This document shows, one piece after another, positions 1 to 15,000 of a stretch of DNA of 64,000 nucleotides; position 1 is the first letter of the stretch, and every line of letters starts with the position of its first letter. A program made the translations under genes and the position numbers. Origin of the DNA: Malacoraja senta (lineage: Eukaryota); contig CM075988.1 in NCBI GenBank assembly GCA_038087875.1, positions 2,976,001 to 3,040,000 of the forward strand, written 5' to 3'. The notes beneath the pieces were generated by a model. It saw only the letters and a list, made by a program, of their open reading frames with translations. It searched no databases and had not been told where the DNA came from.

Positions 1-3000
1 AAGCGACGGAAATTCATCACGCGAAAAGCGACAAAAATTCAGCACATGAAAAGTGATAAAAATTCAGGACGCAAAAGGCTATGAAAAATCAAAAACCGCA
101 AAAGCGATGTAAATTCAGAACGTGAAGAGCGACGAAAGTTCAGACAAGAAAAGCGACGAAAATTCAGGACACAAAAAACGACGAAATTTCAGGACTCGAT
201 AAGTGACAAAATTACAGGACGCATAAAACAACGACATTTCAGAACACGAAAAGTAACAAAAATTTAGGACACGAAAAGCAACGAAATTTCAAAACGCGAA
301 AAACAAAGAAAATTAAGCACGCGAAAAGCGACGAAGGTTCAGCATGCAAGAAACGATGAAAATTCCGCATGCGAAAAGTGACGAAAATTCAGCATACGAA
401 AAGTAACAAAAATTCAGGACACGAAAAGCGCCAGTATTTCAAAAAGTGAAATGCGACGTAAATTCAGGACGCGAAAAGCGATGAAAATTCAGCACGTGAA
501 ATGTGACTAAAATCAAGCACGCGAAAAGCAACAAACATTCAGGATGCAAAAAGCGACGAAAATTCAGCACATTAAGGGTGACGAAAATTCAGGACGCAAA
601 AGGCGACGAAAATAAAAAACGGCAAAAACAATGTAGGACGCGAAAAGCGATGAAAATAAAGCACGTGAAAAGCGACGAAAATTCAGCACGTGGAAATCAA
701 CGAAAATTCAGCTTGTAGAAAGCGACGAAAATTCAGCATGCGAAAAGCGATGAACCAGGACGAGAAAAGCGACGAAAATTCAGCACGCGAAAAGTGACAA
801 AAAATTAGCACATGATAAGTGATAAAAATTCAGGACGCAAAAATGACGAAATTACAGGACGCATAAAGCAACGACATTTCAGAACACGAAAACGACGAAA
901 TTTCAGCACATGAAAATTAACAAAAATTTAGGACGCGAAAAGCAACGGAATTTCAAAACGCAAAAAACAAAGAAAATTAGCACGCGAAAAGCGACGAAAG
1001 TTCAGCATGCAAGAAACGATGAAAATTCCGCATGCGAAAAGTGACAAAAATTCAACACAACAAAAGTAACAAAATTTCAGGACACGAAAAGCAACAGAAA
1101 TTAAAGCGTGAAATGCGATGTAAATTCAGGATGCGAAAAGCGATGAAAATTCAGCACGTGAAAAGCGACGAAAATTCAGCACGTGAAAAGCGACGAAATT
1201 TCAGGATGCGAAAAGCGATGAACCAGGACGAGAAAAGCGACGAAAATTCAGCACGCAAAAAGCGACAAAATTTCAGGACGCGATAAGTGACGAAATTACA
1301 GGACGCATAAAGCAATGACATGAAAAATCAAAACAGCAAAAGCGACGTAAATTCAGGACGCGAAAAGCGGCGAAAGTACAGGACGAGAAAAGCGACGAAA
1401 ATTCAGCACGTGAAAAGTGAACAAATTTCAGGATGCGAAAAGCGACGAAAATTCAGGACGAGAAATTTTTTGTTACTTTTCGTGTTCTGAAATGTCGTTG
1501 TTTTATGCGTCCTGTAATTTCATCACTTATCGAGTCCTGAAATTTCGTCGCTTTTTTGTGTCCTGAATTTTCGTCGCTTTTCTTGTCTGAACTTTCGTCG
1601 TTCTTCACGTTCTGAATTTACATCGCTTTTGCGGTTTTTGATTTTTCATAGCCTTTTGCGTCCTGAATTTGTATCACTTTTCATGTGCTGAATTTTTGTC
1701 GCTTTTCGCATGATGAATTTTCGTCGCTTTTCTCGTCCTGGTTCATCGCTTTTCGCATGCTAATTTTCGTCGCTTTACACAAGATGAATTTTCGTTGCAA
1801 TTCCACGTGCTGAATTTTCATCGCTTTTCACGTCCTGAATTTACATCGCTTTTGGCGTTTTGAATTTTTCGTCGCCTTTTGTGTCCTGAATTTTCGTCAC
1901 TTTTCGTATCCTGAAATTTCATCGCTTTTCGCATTTTGAAATTTCGTTGCTTTTCGTGTCCTAAATTTTTCTTACTTTTCGTGTGCTGAAATTTCATCGC
2001 TATTCATGTTCTGAAATGTCGTTGTTTTACGCATCTTGTAATTTCGTCACTTATTGTTTCCTGAAATTTTTGCATCCGAAATGTTGTCGATTTTTGCAAA
2101 TTCAGGACAAAAAAGCGACGAAATTTCAGGATGCGAAAAGCGACGAAATTTCAGCATACGGAAAGCAACAAAATTTCAGCACACGAAAAGCGAAGAAAAA
2201 TCAGCACGCGAAAATTGACGAAAATTCAGCACACGAATAGCGACGAAAGTTCAGGATGCGAAAAGCGACGAAAATTCAGCACATGAAAATCAACGGAAAT
2301 TCAGCATGCGAAAAGTGACGAAAATTCATGACATGAAAAGTAACAAGAATTCAGGACAAAAAAAGTGACGAAAATTCAAAACGTGAAAGGCGACGAAAAT
2401 CCAGCATGCGAATGATGAAAATTCAGCACGCGAAAAGCGACGAACATTTAGCACATGAAAGGTGATGAAAATTCAGGACGCAAAAGGCGACGAAAATTCA
2501 GGACGCAAAAGGCGACGAAAATTCATAACACCAAGAACGATGTAAATTCAGAAAGCCATTAAAATTAAGCACATGAAGAGCGACGAAAATTCAACACACG
2601 AAAAGCGAGGAACCTTCAGGATGCGAAAAGCGACGAAAATTCAGCACGCAAAAGGCGACGAAAATTCAGCACATGAAAAGTGACGAAAATTCAGACACAA
2701 AAGGCGACGAAAATTCAAAAGGCCAAAAGTGATGTAAATTCAGGTCGCGAAAAGAGACAAAAATTCAGGACAAGTGATGAAAATTCAGGATGCGAAAAGC
2801 GGCGAAAAGAGAGGAACCAGGCGAAAAGCAACAAAAATTCAGCACGTGAAAAGCGACGAAAATTCAGCACGCGAAATGCGACGAAATTTCAGATGCGAAA
2901 AGCGATGAAATTTCAGGATGTGAAAAGCGACGAAAATTCAGGAAGTAAAAAGCGACGAAAATTCAGGACGCGAAAAGCGACGATTCTGCACACGAAAAGA

Positions 3001-6000
3001 GAGGAAATTTCAGTATGCAAAAATCGACGAAAATTCAGCACGAAAAAAGCAACGATAATTCAGCACGCGAAAAGTGACGAAAATTCAGCTTGCAAAAAGC
3101 GCCGAAATTTCAGATGCTAAAAGCGATGAAAATTCAGGACGAGAAAAGCTACGAAATTTCAGGAATAGGAAAACTGACGAAATTTCAGCACACGAAAAGT
3201 GACGAAATTTCAACACACGGAACGCGATAAAAATTCAGCATGCGAAACATGACGAAAATTCTGCACACGAAAAGGAAGGAACCTTCAGAACGCGAAAAGC
3301 CATTAAATTTCAGCACGTAAAAAGCGATGAAAATTCAGGACGAGAAACGCGACTGAATTTCAGGATGCGAAATGCGACGAAAATTCAGCACGTGAAAAGT
3401 GACGGAAATTCAACACACGAAAAGCGATGAACCTTCAGGATGCGAAAAGCGACAAAAATTCAGCACGCAAAAAGGGACGAAAATTCAGCACATGAAAAGT
3501 GACAAAAATTCAGGACGCGAGCGACGAAAATTTAGCACGCGAAAAGTGAGGAACCAGGACACGAAAAGCAATGAAAATTCAGCACGTGAAAAGCGACAAA
3601 AATTCATCACTCGAAATGCGACGAAATTTCAGGATGCGAAAAGCGATGAAATTTCAGGATGCGAAAAGCGCCGAAAATTCAGGACAAAAAAAGCGACGAA
3701 AATTCAGAACGCGAAAAGCGACGATAATTTAGCATGTGAAAAGCGACGAAAATTCAAGACAGCGAAAAGCGACGAAATTTCAGTATACGAAAACTGATGA
3801 AATTTCAGCACACGAAAAGCGACAAAATTACAGCACACGAAACGTGACAAAAATTCAGCACGTGAAAAGCCACGAAAATTCAGCTCGTGAAAAGCGATGA
3901 AAATTCAGCACGTGAAAAGTGACAAAAATTCATGACACGAAAAGTAACAAGAATTCAGGACACGAAAAGCGACGAAAATTCAAGACCTGAAAGGCGATGA
4001 AAATTCAGCATGCGAAAAGTGAGGAACCTTCAGGACGTGAAAAGCAACGAAAATTCAGCATGCGAAAGCCGACGAAATTTCAGGATGCGAAAAGCGACGA
4101 AAATTCAGGACACGAAACGCGACGAAAATTCAGCACAAAAAAGCAACGAAAATTCAGCACGCGAAATGCGACAAAAATTCGGCATGCGAAACGCGACGAA
4201 AACTGATGACATTTCAGCACACGAAAAGCGACTAAATTACAGCACAGGTACCGTGACAAAAATTCAGCTTTTCGAAAAGCGATGAAAATTCTGCACAAGA
4301 AAAGCGAGGAACATTCAGGACGCGAAGTGCAATTAAAATTCAGCACGAAAATGGACGAAAGTTCAGCATGCGAAAAGTGATGACACTTCAGCACGTGAAA
4401 AGCCACGAAAATTCAGCTCGTGAAAAGCGATGAAAATTCAGCACATGAAAAGCGACGAAAATTCTGGACGAGAAAAGCAACGAAAATTCAGGACGCGAAA
4501 AGCGACGAAAATTCAGCACGTGAAAAGTGACGAAAATTCAGCAGGCAAAAAGTGACAAAAATTCATGACATGAAAAGTAACAAGAATTCAGGACACAATA
4601 AGCGATGAAAATTCAAAACGTGAAAGGCGACGAAAATTCAACATGCGAAAAGATATGAAAATTCAGCACGCGAAAAGTGAGAAAAAGCAATGAAATTTCA
4701 GGACGCAAAATGCAACAAAATTTCAGGACGCGAATAGCGACGAAAATACAGCCTGTGAAAAGCGATGAAAATTCAGCATGTGAAAAGCGACAAAAATTCA
4801 GCACATGAAAAGTGATGAAATTCAGGACGCAAGGCGACAAAAATTAAAAACGCCAAATGCGACAAAAATTCAGGACACGGAATGCGACGAAAATTCATCA
4901 CGCGAGAAGCGACAAACCTTAAGGACGTGAAAGTCAATGAAAATTCAGCACATGAAAAGCGACGAACCTTCAGGACGTGAAAAGTGATGAAAATACAGCA
5001 CGCGAAAAGCGACAAAAATTCAGCACATGAAATGTGACGAAATTACAGGACGCGAAAAGCGATGAAATTTCAGCACATGAAAAAGGAAGAAAAGTCAGCA
5101 CGTGAGAAGCGACGAAATTTAAGGACGCGAAAACCGACGATATTTCAGCACATGAATAGCACCAAAAATTCAGCACACAAATAGCAATGAAAATTAGGCA
5201 CACAAAAGGCAACGAAAATTCAGCATGCGAAAAGCGAGGAAAATTCAGCACACGAAAAGTGATCAAATTTCAGGACAGGGAAGGTGACGAAAAAATTTTA
5301 AAAAGCCAAAATCGCCGTAAATTCGGGACGCGAAAAGTGACGAATTCAAAGGACGCATAAAGCGCCGAAATTTCAGGACGTGAAAAGCAACGAAATTTCA
5401 GGACACGAAAAGCTACGAATATTCAGCCCGTGAAAAGCAATGAAAATTCATCACGCGAAAAGCGACAAAATTCAGCACAGGAAAAGTGATGAAAATTCAG
5501 GACGCGAAAAGCGAAGAAATTTCAAGACGTGAAATGTGACAAAAATTCAGGATACAAAAAGTGATGAAATTTCAGGACGTGAAAAGCAACGAAATTTCAG
5601 CACACGAAAAGCTACGAAAATTTAGCCTGCGAAAAGCAATGAAAATTCAGCACGCAAAAAGTGACAAAAGTTCAGCACATGAAAAGTGATGAAAATTCAG
5701 GACGCGAAAAGCGAAGATATTTTAAGACATGAAATGTGACAAAAATTGAGGATACAAAAAGTGATGACATTTCAGGACGTGAAAAGCAACGAAATTTCAG
5801 CACACGAAAAGCTACGAAAATTCAGCCTGCGAAAAGCGATGAAAATTCAGCACACAAAAAGTGACGAACCTTCAGGACGCGAAAATCAACGAAAATTTAG
5901 TAGGCGAAAAGCAATGAAATTTCAGCACGCGAACAGCGACAAAATTTCAGCACAGGAAAAGCGATGAAAATTCAGGACGCGAAAAGCGAAGACAATTCAA

Positions 6001-9000
6001 GATGTGAAATGTGACAAAAATTCAGGATACAAAAAGTGATGAAATTTCAGGACGTGAAAAGCAACGAAATTTCAGCACACGAAAAGCTACGAAAATTTAG
6101 CCTGCGAAAAGCAATGAGAATTCAGCAAGCAAAAAGCAACAAATGTTCAGCACAGGAAAAGTGATGAAAATTCAGGATGTGAAAAGCAAAGACATTTTAA
6201 GACGTGAAATGTGACAAAAATTCAGGATGCAAAAAGTGATGAAATTTCAGGACGTGAAATGTGACAAAAATTTAGGATGCAAAAAGCAATTAAATTTCAG
6301 GATGTAAAAAGCTACAACATTTCAGCTCATGAAAAGTGACGAAAATCAGCACACGAAAAGCGACGCAAATTCAGGACGTGAAAGGCGACAAAACTTCAGG
6401 ACGCATAAAGCGACGCAATGTCAGGATGTGAAAAGCAATGAAATTTCAGCACACGAAAAGCGAAGAAAATTCAGCACATAAAAATCGACGAATATTCAAA
6501 ACGCCAAAAGCTATGTTAATTCAGGATACAAAAAGAGACAAAATTTCAGGACAAGTAAAGCGACGAAATTTCAGGACGAGAAAAGCGACGAAACTTCAGG
6601 ACGCATAAAGCGACGAAATTTCAGGACGTGAAAAGCGACATTCAGGACGCGAAGTGCAATTAAAATTCAGCACGAAAATGGACGAAAGTTCAGCATGCGA
6701 AAAGTGATGACAATTCAGCACATGAAAAGCCACGAAAATTCAGCTCGTGAAAAGCGATGAAAATTCAGCACATGAAAAGCGACGAAAATTCTGGACGAGA
6801 AAAGCAACGAAAATTCAGGACGCGAAAAGCGACGAAAATTCAGCACGTGAAAAGTGACGAAAATTCAGCAGGCGAAAAGTGACAAAAATTCATGACACGA
6901 AAAGTAACAAGAATTCAGGACACGAAAAGCGACGAAAATTCAAAACGTGAAAGGCGAAGAAAATTCAACATGCGAAAAGATATGAAAATTCAGCACGCGA
7001 AAAGTGAGAAAAATCAATGAAATTTCAGGACGCAAAATGCAACAAAATTACAGGACGCGAAAAGCGACGAAATTTCAGCACATGAAAAAGGAAGAAAAGT
7101 CAGCACGTGAGAAGCGACGAAACTTCAGGATGCGAAAACCGACGATATTTCAGCACATGAATAGCACCAAAAATTCAGCACACAAAAAGCAACGAAAATT
7201 AGGCAGACAAAAGGCAACGAAAATTCAGCATGCGAAAAGCGACGAAAATTCAGCACACGAAAAGTGATCAAATTTCAGGACAGGGAAGGTGACGAAAAAA
7301 ATTTTAAAAGCCAAAATCGCCGTAAATTCGGGACGCGAAAAGTGACGAATTCAAAGGACGCATAAAGCGCCGAAATTTCAGGACGTGAAAAGCAACGAAA
7401 TTTCAGGACACGAAAAGCTACGAATACACGCGAAAAGCGACAAAATTCAGCAGAGGAAAAGTGATGAAAATTCAGGACGCGAAAAGCGAAGAAATTTCAA
7501 GACGTGAAATGTGACAAAAATTCAGGATACAAAAAGTGATGAAATTTCAGGACGTGAAAAGCAACGAAATTTCAGCACACGAAAAGCTACGAAAATTTAG
7601 CCTGCGAAAAGCAATGAAAATTCAGCACGCAAAAAGCGACAAAAGTTCAGCACATGAAAAGTGATGAAAATTCAGGACGCGAAAAGCGAAGAAATTTTAA
7701 GACATGAAATGTGACAAAAATTGAGGATACAAAAAGTGATGACATTTCAGGACGTGAAAAGCAACGAAATTTCAGCACACGAAAAGCTACGAAAATTCAG
7801 CCTGCGAAAAGCGATGAAAATTCAGCACGCAAAAAGTGACGAACCTTCAGGACGCGAAAATCAACGAAAATTTAGTAGGCGAAAAGCAATGAAAATTCAG
7901 CACGCGAACAGCGACAAAATTTCAGCACAGGAAAAGCGATGAAAATTCAGGACGCGAAAAGCGAAGACAATTCAAGACGTGAAATGTGACAAAAATTTAG
8001 GATGCAAAAAGCAATTAAATTTCAGGATGTAAAAAGCTACAACATTTCAGCTCATGAAAAGTGACGAAAATCAGCACACGAAAAGCGACGCAAATTCAGG
8101 ACGTGAAAGGCGACAAAACTTCAGGACGCATAAAGCGACGCAATGTCAGGATGTGAAAAGCAATGAAATTTCAGCACACGAAAAGCGAAGAAAATTCAGC
8201 ACATAAAAATCGACGAATATTCAAAACGCCAAAAGCTATGTTAATTCAGGATACAAAAAGAGACAAAATTTCAGGACAAGTAAAGCGACGAAATTTCAGG
8301 ACGAGAAAAGCGACGAAACTTCAGGACGCATAAAGCGACGAAATTTCAGGACGTGAAAAGCGACATTCAGGACGCGAAGTGCAATTAAAATTCAGCACGA
8401 AAATGGACGAAAGTTCAGCATGCGAAAAGTGATGACAATTCAGCACATGAAAAGCCACGAAAATTCAGCTCGTGAAAAGCGATGAAAATTCAGCACATGA
8501 AAAGCGACGAAAATTCTGGACGAGAAAAGCAACGAAAATTCAGGACGCGAAAAGCGACGAAAATTCAGCACGTGAAAAGTGACGAAAATTCAGCAGGCGA
8601 AAAGTGACAAAAATTCATGACACGAAAAGTAACAAGAATTCAGGACACGAAAAGCGACGAAAATTCAAAACGTGAAAGGCGAAGAAAATTCAACATGCGA
8701 AAAGATATGAAAATTCAGCACGCGAAAAGTGAGAAAAATCAATGAAATTTCAGGACGCAAAATGCAACAAAATTACAGGACGCGAAAAGCGACGAAATTT
8801 CAGCACATGAAAAAGGAAGAAAAGTCAGCACGTGAGAAGCGACGAAACTTCAGGATGCGAAAACCGACGATATTTCAGCACATGAATAGCACCAAAAATT
8901 CAGCACACAAAAAGCAACGAAAATTAGGCAGACAAAAGGCAACGAAAATTCAGCATGCGAAAAGCGACGAAAATTCAGCACACGAAAAGTGATCAAATTT

Positions 9001-12000
9001 CAGGACAGGGAAGGTGACGAAAAATTTTTAAAAAGCCAAAATCGCCGTAAATTCGGGACGCGAAAAGTGACGAATTCAAAGGACGCATAAAGCGCCGAAA
9101 GTTCAGGACGTGAAAAGCAACGAAATTTCAGGACACGAAAAGCTACGAATACACGCGAAAAGCGACAAAATTCAGCAGAGGAAAAGTGATGAAAATTCAG
9201 GACGCGAAAAGCGAAGAAATTTCAAGACGTGAAATGTGACAAAAATTCAGGATACAAAAAGTGATGAAATTTCAGGACGTGAAAAGCAACGAAATTTCAG
9301 CACACGAAAAGCTACGAAAATTTAGCCTGCGAAAAGCAATGAAAATTCAGCACGCAAAAAGCGACAAAAGTTCAGCACATGAAAAGTGATGAAAATTCAG
9401 GACGCGAAAAGCGAAGAAATTTTAAGACATGAAATGTGACAAAAATTGAGGATACAAAAAGTGATGACATTTCAGGACGTGAAAAGCAACGAAATTTCAG
9501 CACACGAAAAGCTACGAAAATTCAGCCTGCGAAAAGCGATGAAAATTCAGCACGCAAAAAGTGACGAACCTTCAGGACGCGAAAATCAACGAAAATTTAG
9601 TAGGCGAAAAGCAATGAAAATTCAGCACGCGAAAAGCGACAAAATTCAGCACAGGAAAAGTGATGAAAATTCAGGACGCGAAAAGCGAAGAAATTTCAAG
9701 ACGTGAAATGTGACAAAAATTCAGGATACAAAAAGTGATGAAATTTCAGGACGTGAAAAGCAACGAAATTTCAGCACACGAAAAGCTACGAAAATTCAGC
9801 CTGCGATAAGCGATGAAAATACAGCACGTGAAAAGCGACAAATTTCAGCACATGAAAAGCAATGAAATTTTAGCACACGAAAAGTGACGGAAATTCTGCA
9901 CGCGAAAAGCTCTGAAAATTCAGCACGCGAAAAGCGATGATCCAGGACGCAAAAAACGACGAAAAGTCAGCACGCGAAAAGTGATGAAATTTCAGCATAA
10001 AGCGACAAATCTCAGCACAGGAAAAGCGATGAAATTTTAGCACACGAAAAGTGACGGAAATTCTGCACGCGAAAAGCTCTGAAAATTCAGCACGTGAAAA
10101 GCGACGAACCAGGACGCAAAAAATGACGAAAAGTCAGCACGCGAAAAGTGATGAAATTTCAGCATTCGAAAAGCGAAGAAATTTCAAGACGTGAAATGTG
10201 ACAAAAATTCAGGATGCAAAAAGTGATGAAATTTCAGGACGTGAAATGTGACAAAAATTTAGGATGCAAAAAGCAATTCAATTTCAGGATGTAAAAAGCT
10301 ACAACATTTCAGCTCATGAAAAGCGACGAATATCAGCACACGAAAAGCGACGTAAATTCAGGACGCGAAAGGCGACAAAACTTCAGGACGCATAAAGCTA
10401 CGCAATGTCAGGATGTGAAAAGCAACGAATTTTCAGCACACGAAAAGCGAAGAAAATTCAGCACATGAAAAGCGACGAATATTCAAAACGCCAAAAGCTA
10501 TGTAAATTCAGGATACAAAAAGAGACAAAATTTCAGGACAAGTAAAGTGACGAAATTTCAGGACGAGAAAAGCGACGAAACTTCAAGACGCATAAAGCGA
10601 CGAAATTTGAGGACGTGAAAAGCGACGAAATTTCAGCACATGAAAAGTGACGAAAATTCAGCCTGTGAAAAGAGATGAAAATTCAGCATGCGAAAAGCGA
10701 CGAAAATTCAGCACATGAAAAGCGACTACATTTCAGGACGTGAAAAGTGATGAAAATACAGCACGCGAACAGCGACAAAAACCTTCAGCATGTGAAAAGC
10801 GACAAAAAGTCCACGTAAATTTGGGACGCGAAAAGCGACGAATTCAAAGGACGCATAAAGCGCCGAAATTTCAGGACGTGAAATGTGACAAAAATTCAGG
10901 ATACAAAAAGCGATGAAATTTCAGGACGTGAAAAGCAACGAAATTTCAGCACAGGAAAAGTGATGAAAATTCAGGACGCAAAAAGCGAAGAAATTTCAAG
11001 ACGTGAAATGTGACAAAAATTCGGGATACAAAAAGTGATCAAATTTCAGGACGTGAAAAGCAACGAAATTTCAGCACACGAAAAGTTACGAAAATTTAGC
11101 CTGCGAAAAGCAATGAAAATTCAGCACGCAAAAAGCGACAAAAGTTCAGCACAGGAAAAGTGATGAAAATTCAGGACGCGAAAAGCGAAGAAATTTCAAG
11201 ACGTGAAATGTGACAAAAATTCAGGATACAAAAAGTGATGACATTTCAGGACGTGAAAAGCAACGAAATTTCAGCACACGAAAAGCTACGAAAATTCAGC
11301 CTGTGAAAAGAGATGAAAATTCAGCACGCGAAAAGCGACGAAAATTCAGCACATGAAAAGCGACTAAATTTCAGGACGTGAAAAGTGATGAAAATACAGC
11401 ACGCGAAAAGCGACAAAAACCTTCAGCATGTGAAAAGCGACAAAAGTTCAGCACAGGAAAAGTGAAAATTCAGGACGCGAAAAGCGAAGAAATTTCAAGA
11501 CGTGAAATGTGACAAAAATTTGGGATACAAAAAGTGATGAAATTTCAGGACGTGAAAAGCAACGAAATTTCAGCACACGAAAAGCTACGAAAATTCAGCC
11601 TGCGATAAGCGATGAAAATACAGCACGCGAAAAGCGACAAATTTCAGCACAGGAAAAGCGATGAAATTTTAGCACACGAAAAGTGACAGAAATTCTGCAC
11701 GTGAAAAGCTCTGAAAATTCAGCACGCGAAAAGCGACGATCCAGGACGCTAAAAACGACGAAAAGTCAGCACGCGAAAAGTGATGAAATTTCAGCATAAA
11801 GCGACAAATCTCAGCACAGGAAAAGCAATGAAATTTTAGCACACGAAAAGTGACGGAAATTCTGCACGCGAAAAGCTCTGAAAATTCAGCACGCGAAAAG
11901 CGACGAACCAGGACGCAAAAAACGACGAAAAGTCAGCACGCGAAAAGTGATGAAATTTCAGCATTCGAAAAGCGAAGAAATTTCAAGACGTGAAATGTGA

Positions 12001-15000
12001 CAAAAATTCAGGATGCAAAAAGTGATGAAATTTCAGGACGTGAAATGTGACAAAAATTTAGGATGCAAAAAGCAATTCAATTTCAGGATGTAAAAAGCTA
12101 CAACATTTCAGCTCATGAAAAGCGACGAAAATCAGCACACGAAAAGCGACGTAAATTCAGGACGAGAAAGGCGACAAAACTTCAGGACGCATAAAGCTAC
12201 GCAATGTCAGGATGTGAAAAGCAACGAAATTTCAGCACACGAAAAGCGAAGAAAATTCAGCACATGAAAAGCGACGAATATTCAAAATGCCAAAAGCTAT
12301 GTAAATTCAGGATACAAAAAGAGACAAAATTTCAGGACAAGTAAAGTAACGAAATTTCAGGACGAGAAAAGCGACGAAACTTCAGGACGCATAAAGCGAC
12401 GAAATTTCAGGACGTGAAAAGCGACGAAATTTCAGCACATGAAAAGTGACGAAAATTCAGCCTGTGAAAAGAGATGAAAATTCAGCATGCGAAAAGCGAC
12501 GAAAATTCAGCACATGAAAAGTGACTAAATTTCAGGACGTGAAAAGTGATGAAAATACAGCACGCGAATAGCGACAAAAACCTTCAGCATGTGAAAAGCG
12601 ACAAAAAGTCCATGTAAATTTGGGACGCGAAAAGCGACGAATTCAAAGGACGCATAAAGCGCCGAAATTTCAGGACGTGAAATGTGACAAAAATTCAGGA
12701 TACAAACAGCGATGAAATTTCAGGACGTGAAAAGCAACGAAATTTCAGCACAGGAAAAGTGATGAAAATTCAGGACGCAAAAAGCGAAGAAATTTCAAGA
12801 CGTGAAATGTGACAAAAATTTGGGATACAAAAAGTGATGACATTTCAGGACGTGAAAAGCAACGAAATTTCAGCACACGAAAAGTTACGAAAATTTAGCC
12901 TGCGAAAAGCAATGAACATTCAACACGCAAAAAGCGACAAAAGTTCAGCACAGGAAAAGTGATGAAAATTCAGTACGCGAAAAGCGAAGAAATTTCAAGA
13001 CGTGAAATGTGACAAAAATTCAGGATACAAAAAGTGATGACATTTCAGGACGTGAAAAGCAACGAAATTTCAGCACACGAAAAGCTACGAAAATTTTGCC
13101 TGCGAAAAGAAATGAAAATTCAGCACGCAAAAAGCAACAAAAGTTCAGCACGGGAAAAGTGATGAAAATTCACGACGCGAAAAGCGAAGAAATTTCAAGA
13201 CATGAAATGGGACAAAAATTCAGGATACAAAAAGTGATGAAATTTCAGGACGTGAAAAGCAACGAAATTTCAGCACACGAAAAGCTACGAAAATTTAGCC
13301 TGCGAAAAGCAATGAGAATTCAGCACGCAAAAAGCGACAAATGTTCAGCACAGGAAAAGTGATGAAAATTCAGGACGCGAAAAGTGAAGAAATTTTAAGA
13401 CGTGAAATGTGACAAAAATTTAGGATACAAAAAGTGATGACATTTCAGGACGTGAAAAGCAACGAAATTTCAGCACACGAAAAGCTACGAAAATTCAGCC
13501 TGCGAAAAGCGATGAAAATTCAGCACGCAAAAAGTGACGAACCTTCAGGACGCGAAAATCATCGAAAATTTAGTAGGCGAAAAGCAATGAAAATTCAGCA
13601 CGCGAAAAGCGACAAAAGTTCAGCACAGGAATAGCGATGAAAATTCAGGACGCGAAAAGCGAAGAAATTTCAAGATGTGAAATGTGACAAAAATTCAGGA
13701 TACAAAAAGTGATGAAATTTCAGGACGCAAAAAACTACGAAAAGTCAGCACGCGAAAAGTGATGAAATTTCAGCATGCGAAAAGCAATGAAAATTCAACG
13801 CGTAAAGCGACAAAAGTTCAGCACATGAAAAGTGATGAAAATTGAGGATGCGAAAAGCGAAGAAATTTCAAGACGTGAAATGTGACAAAAATCCAGGATG
13901 CAAAATGTGATGAAATTTCAAGACGTGAAATGTGACAAAAATTCAGGATGCAAAAAGTGATGAAATTTCAGGACGTGAAATGTGACAAAAATTTAGGATG
14001 CAAAAAGCAATTCAATTTCAGGATGTAAAAAGCTACAACATTTCAGCTCATGAAAAGCGACGAAAATCAGCAAACGAAAAGCGACGTAAATTCAGGACGC
14101 GAAAGGCGACAAAACTTCAGGACGCATAAAGCTACGCAATGTCAGGATGTGAAAAGCAACGAAATTTCAGCACACGAAAAGCGAAGAAAATTCAGCACAT
14201 GAAAAGCGACGAATATTCAAAACGCCAAAAGCTATGTAAATTCAGGATACAAAAAGAGACAAAATTTCAGGACAAGTAAAGCGACGAAATTTCAGGACGT
14301 GAAAAGCGACGAAATTTCAGCACATGAAAAGTGACGAAAATTCAGCCTGTGAAAAGAGATGAAAATTCAGCATGCGAAAAGCGACGAAAATTCAGCACAT
14401 GAAAAGCGACTAAATTTCAGGACGTGAAAAGTGATGAAAATACAGCACGCGAAAAGCGACAAAAACCTTCAGCATGTGAAAAGCGACAAAAAGTCCACGT
14501 AAATTTGGGACGCGAAAAGCGACGAATTCAAAGGACGCATAAAGCGCCGAAATTTCAGGACGTGAAATGTGACAAAAATTCAGGATACAAAAAGCGCTGA
14601 AATTTCAGGACGTGAAAAGCAACGAAATTTCAGCACAGGAAAAGTGATGATAATTCAGGACGCAAAAAACGAAGAAATTTCAAGACGTGAAATGTGACAA
14701 AAATTCGGGATACAAAAAGTGATCAAATTTCAGGACGTGAAAAGCAACGAAATTTCAGCACACGAAAAGTTACGAAAATTTAGCCTGCGAAAAGCAATGA
14801 AAATTCAGCACGCAAAAAGCGACAAAAGTTCAGCACACGAAAAGTGATGAAAATTCAGGACGCGAAAAGCGATGAAATTTCAAGACGTGAAATGTGACAA
14901 AAATTCAGGATACAAAATGTGATGAAATTTCAGGACGTGAAAAGCAACGAAATTTCAGCACACGAAAAGCTACGAAAATTTAGCCTGCGAAAAGAAATGA

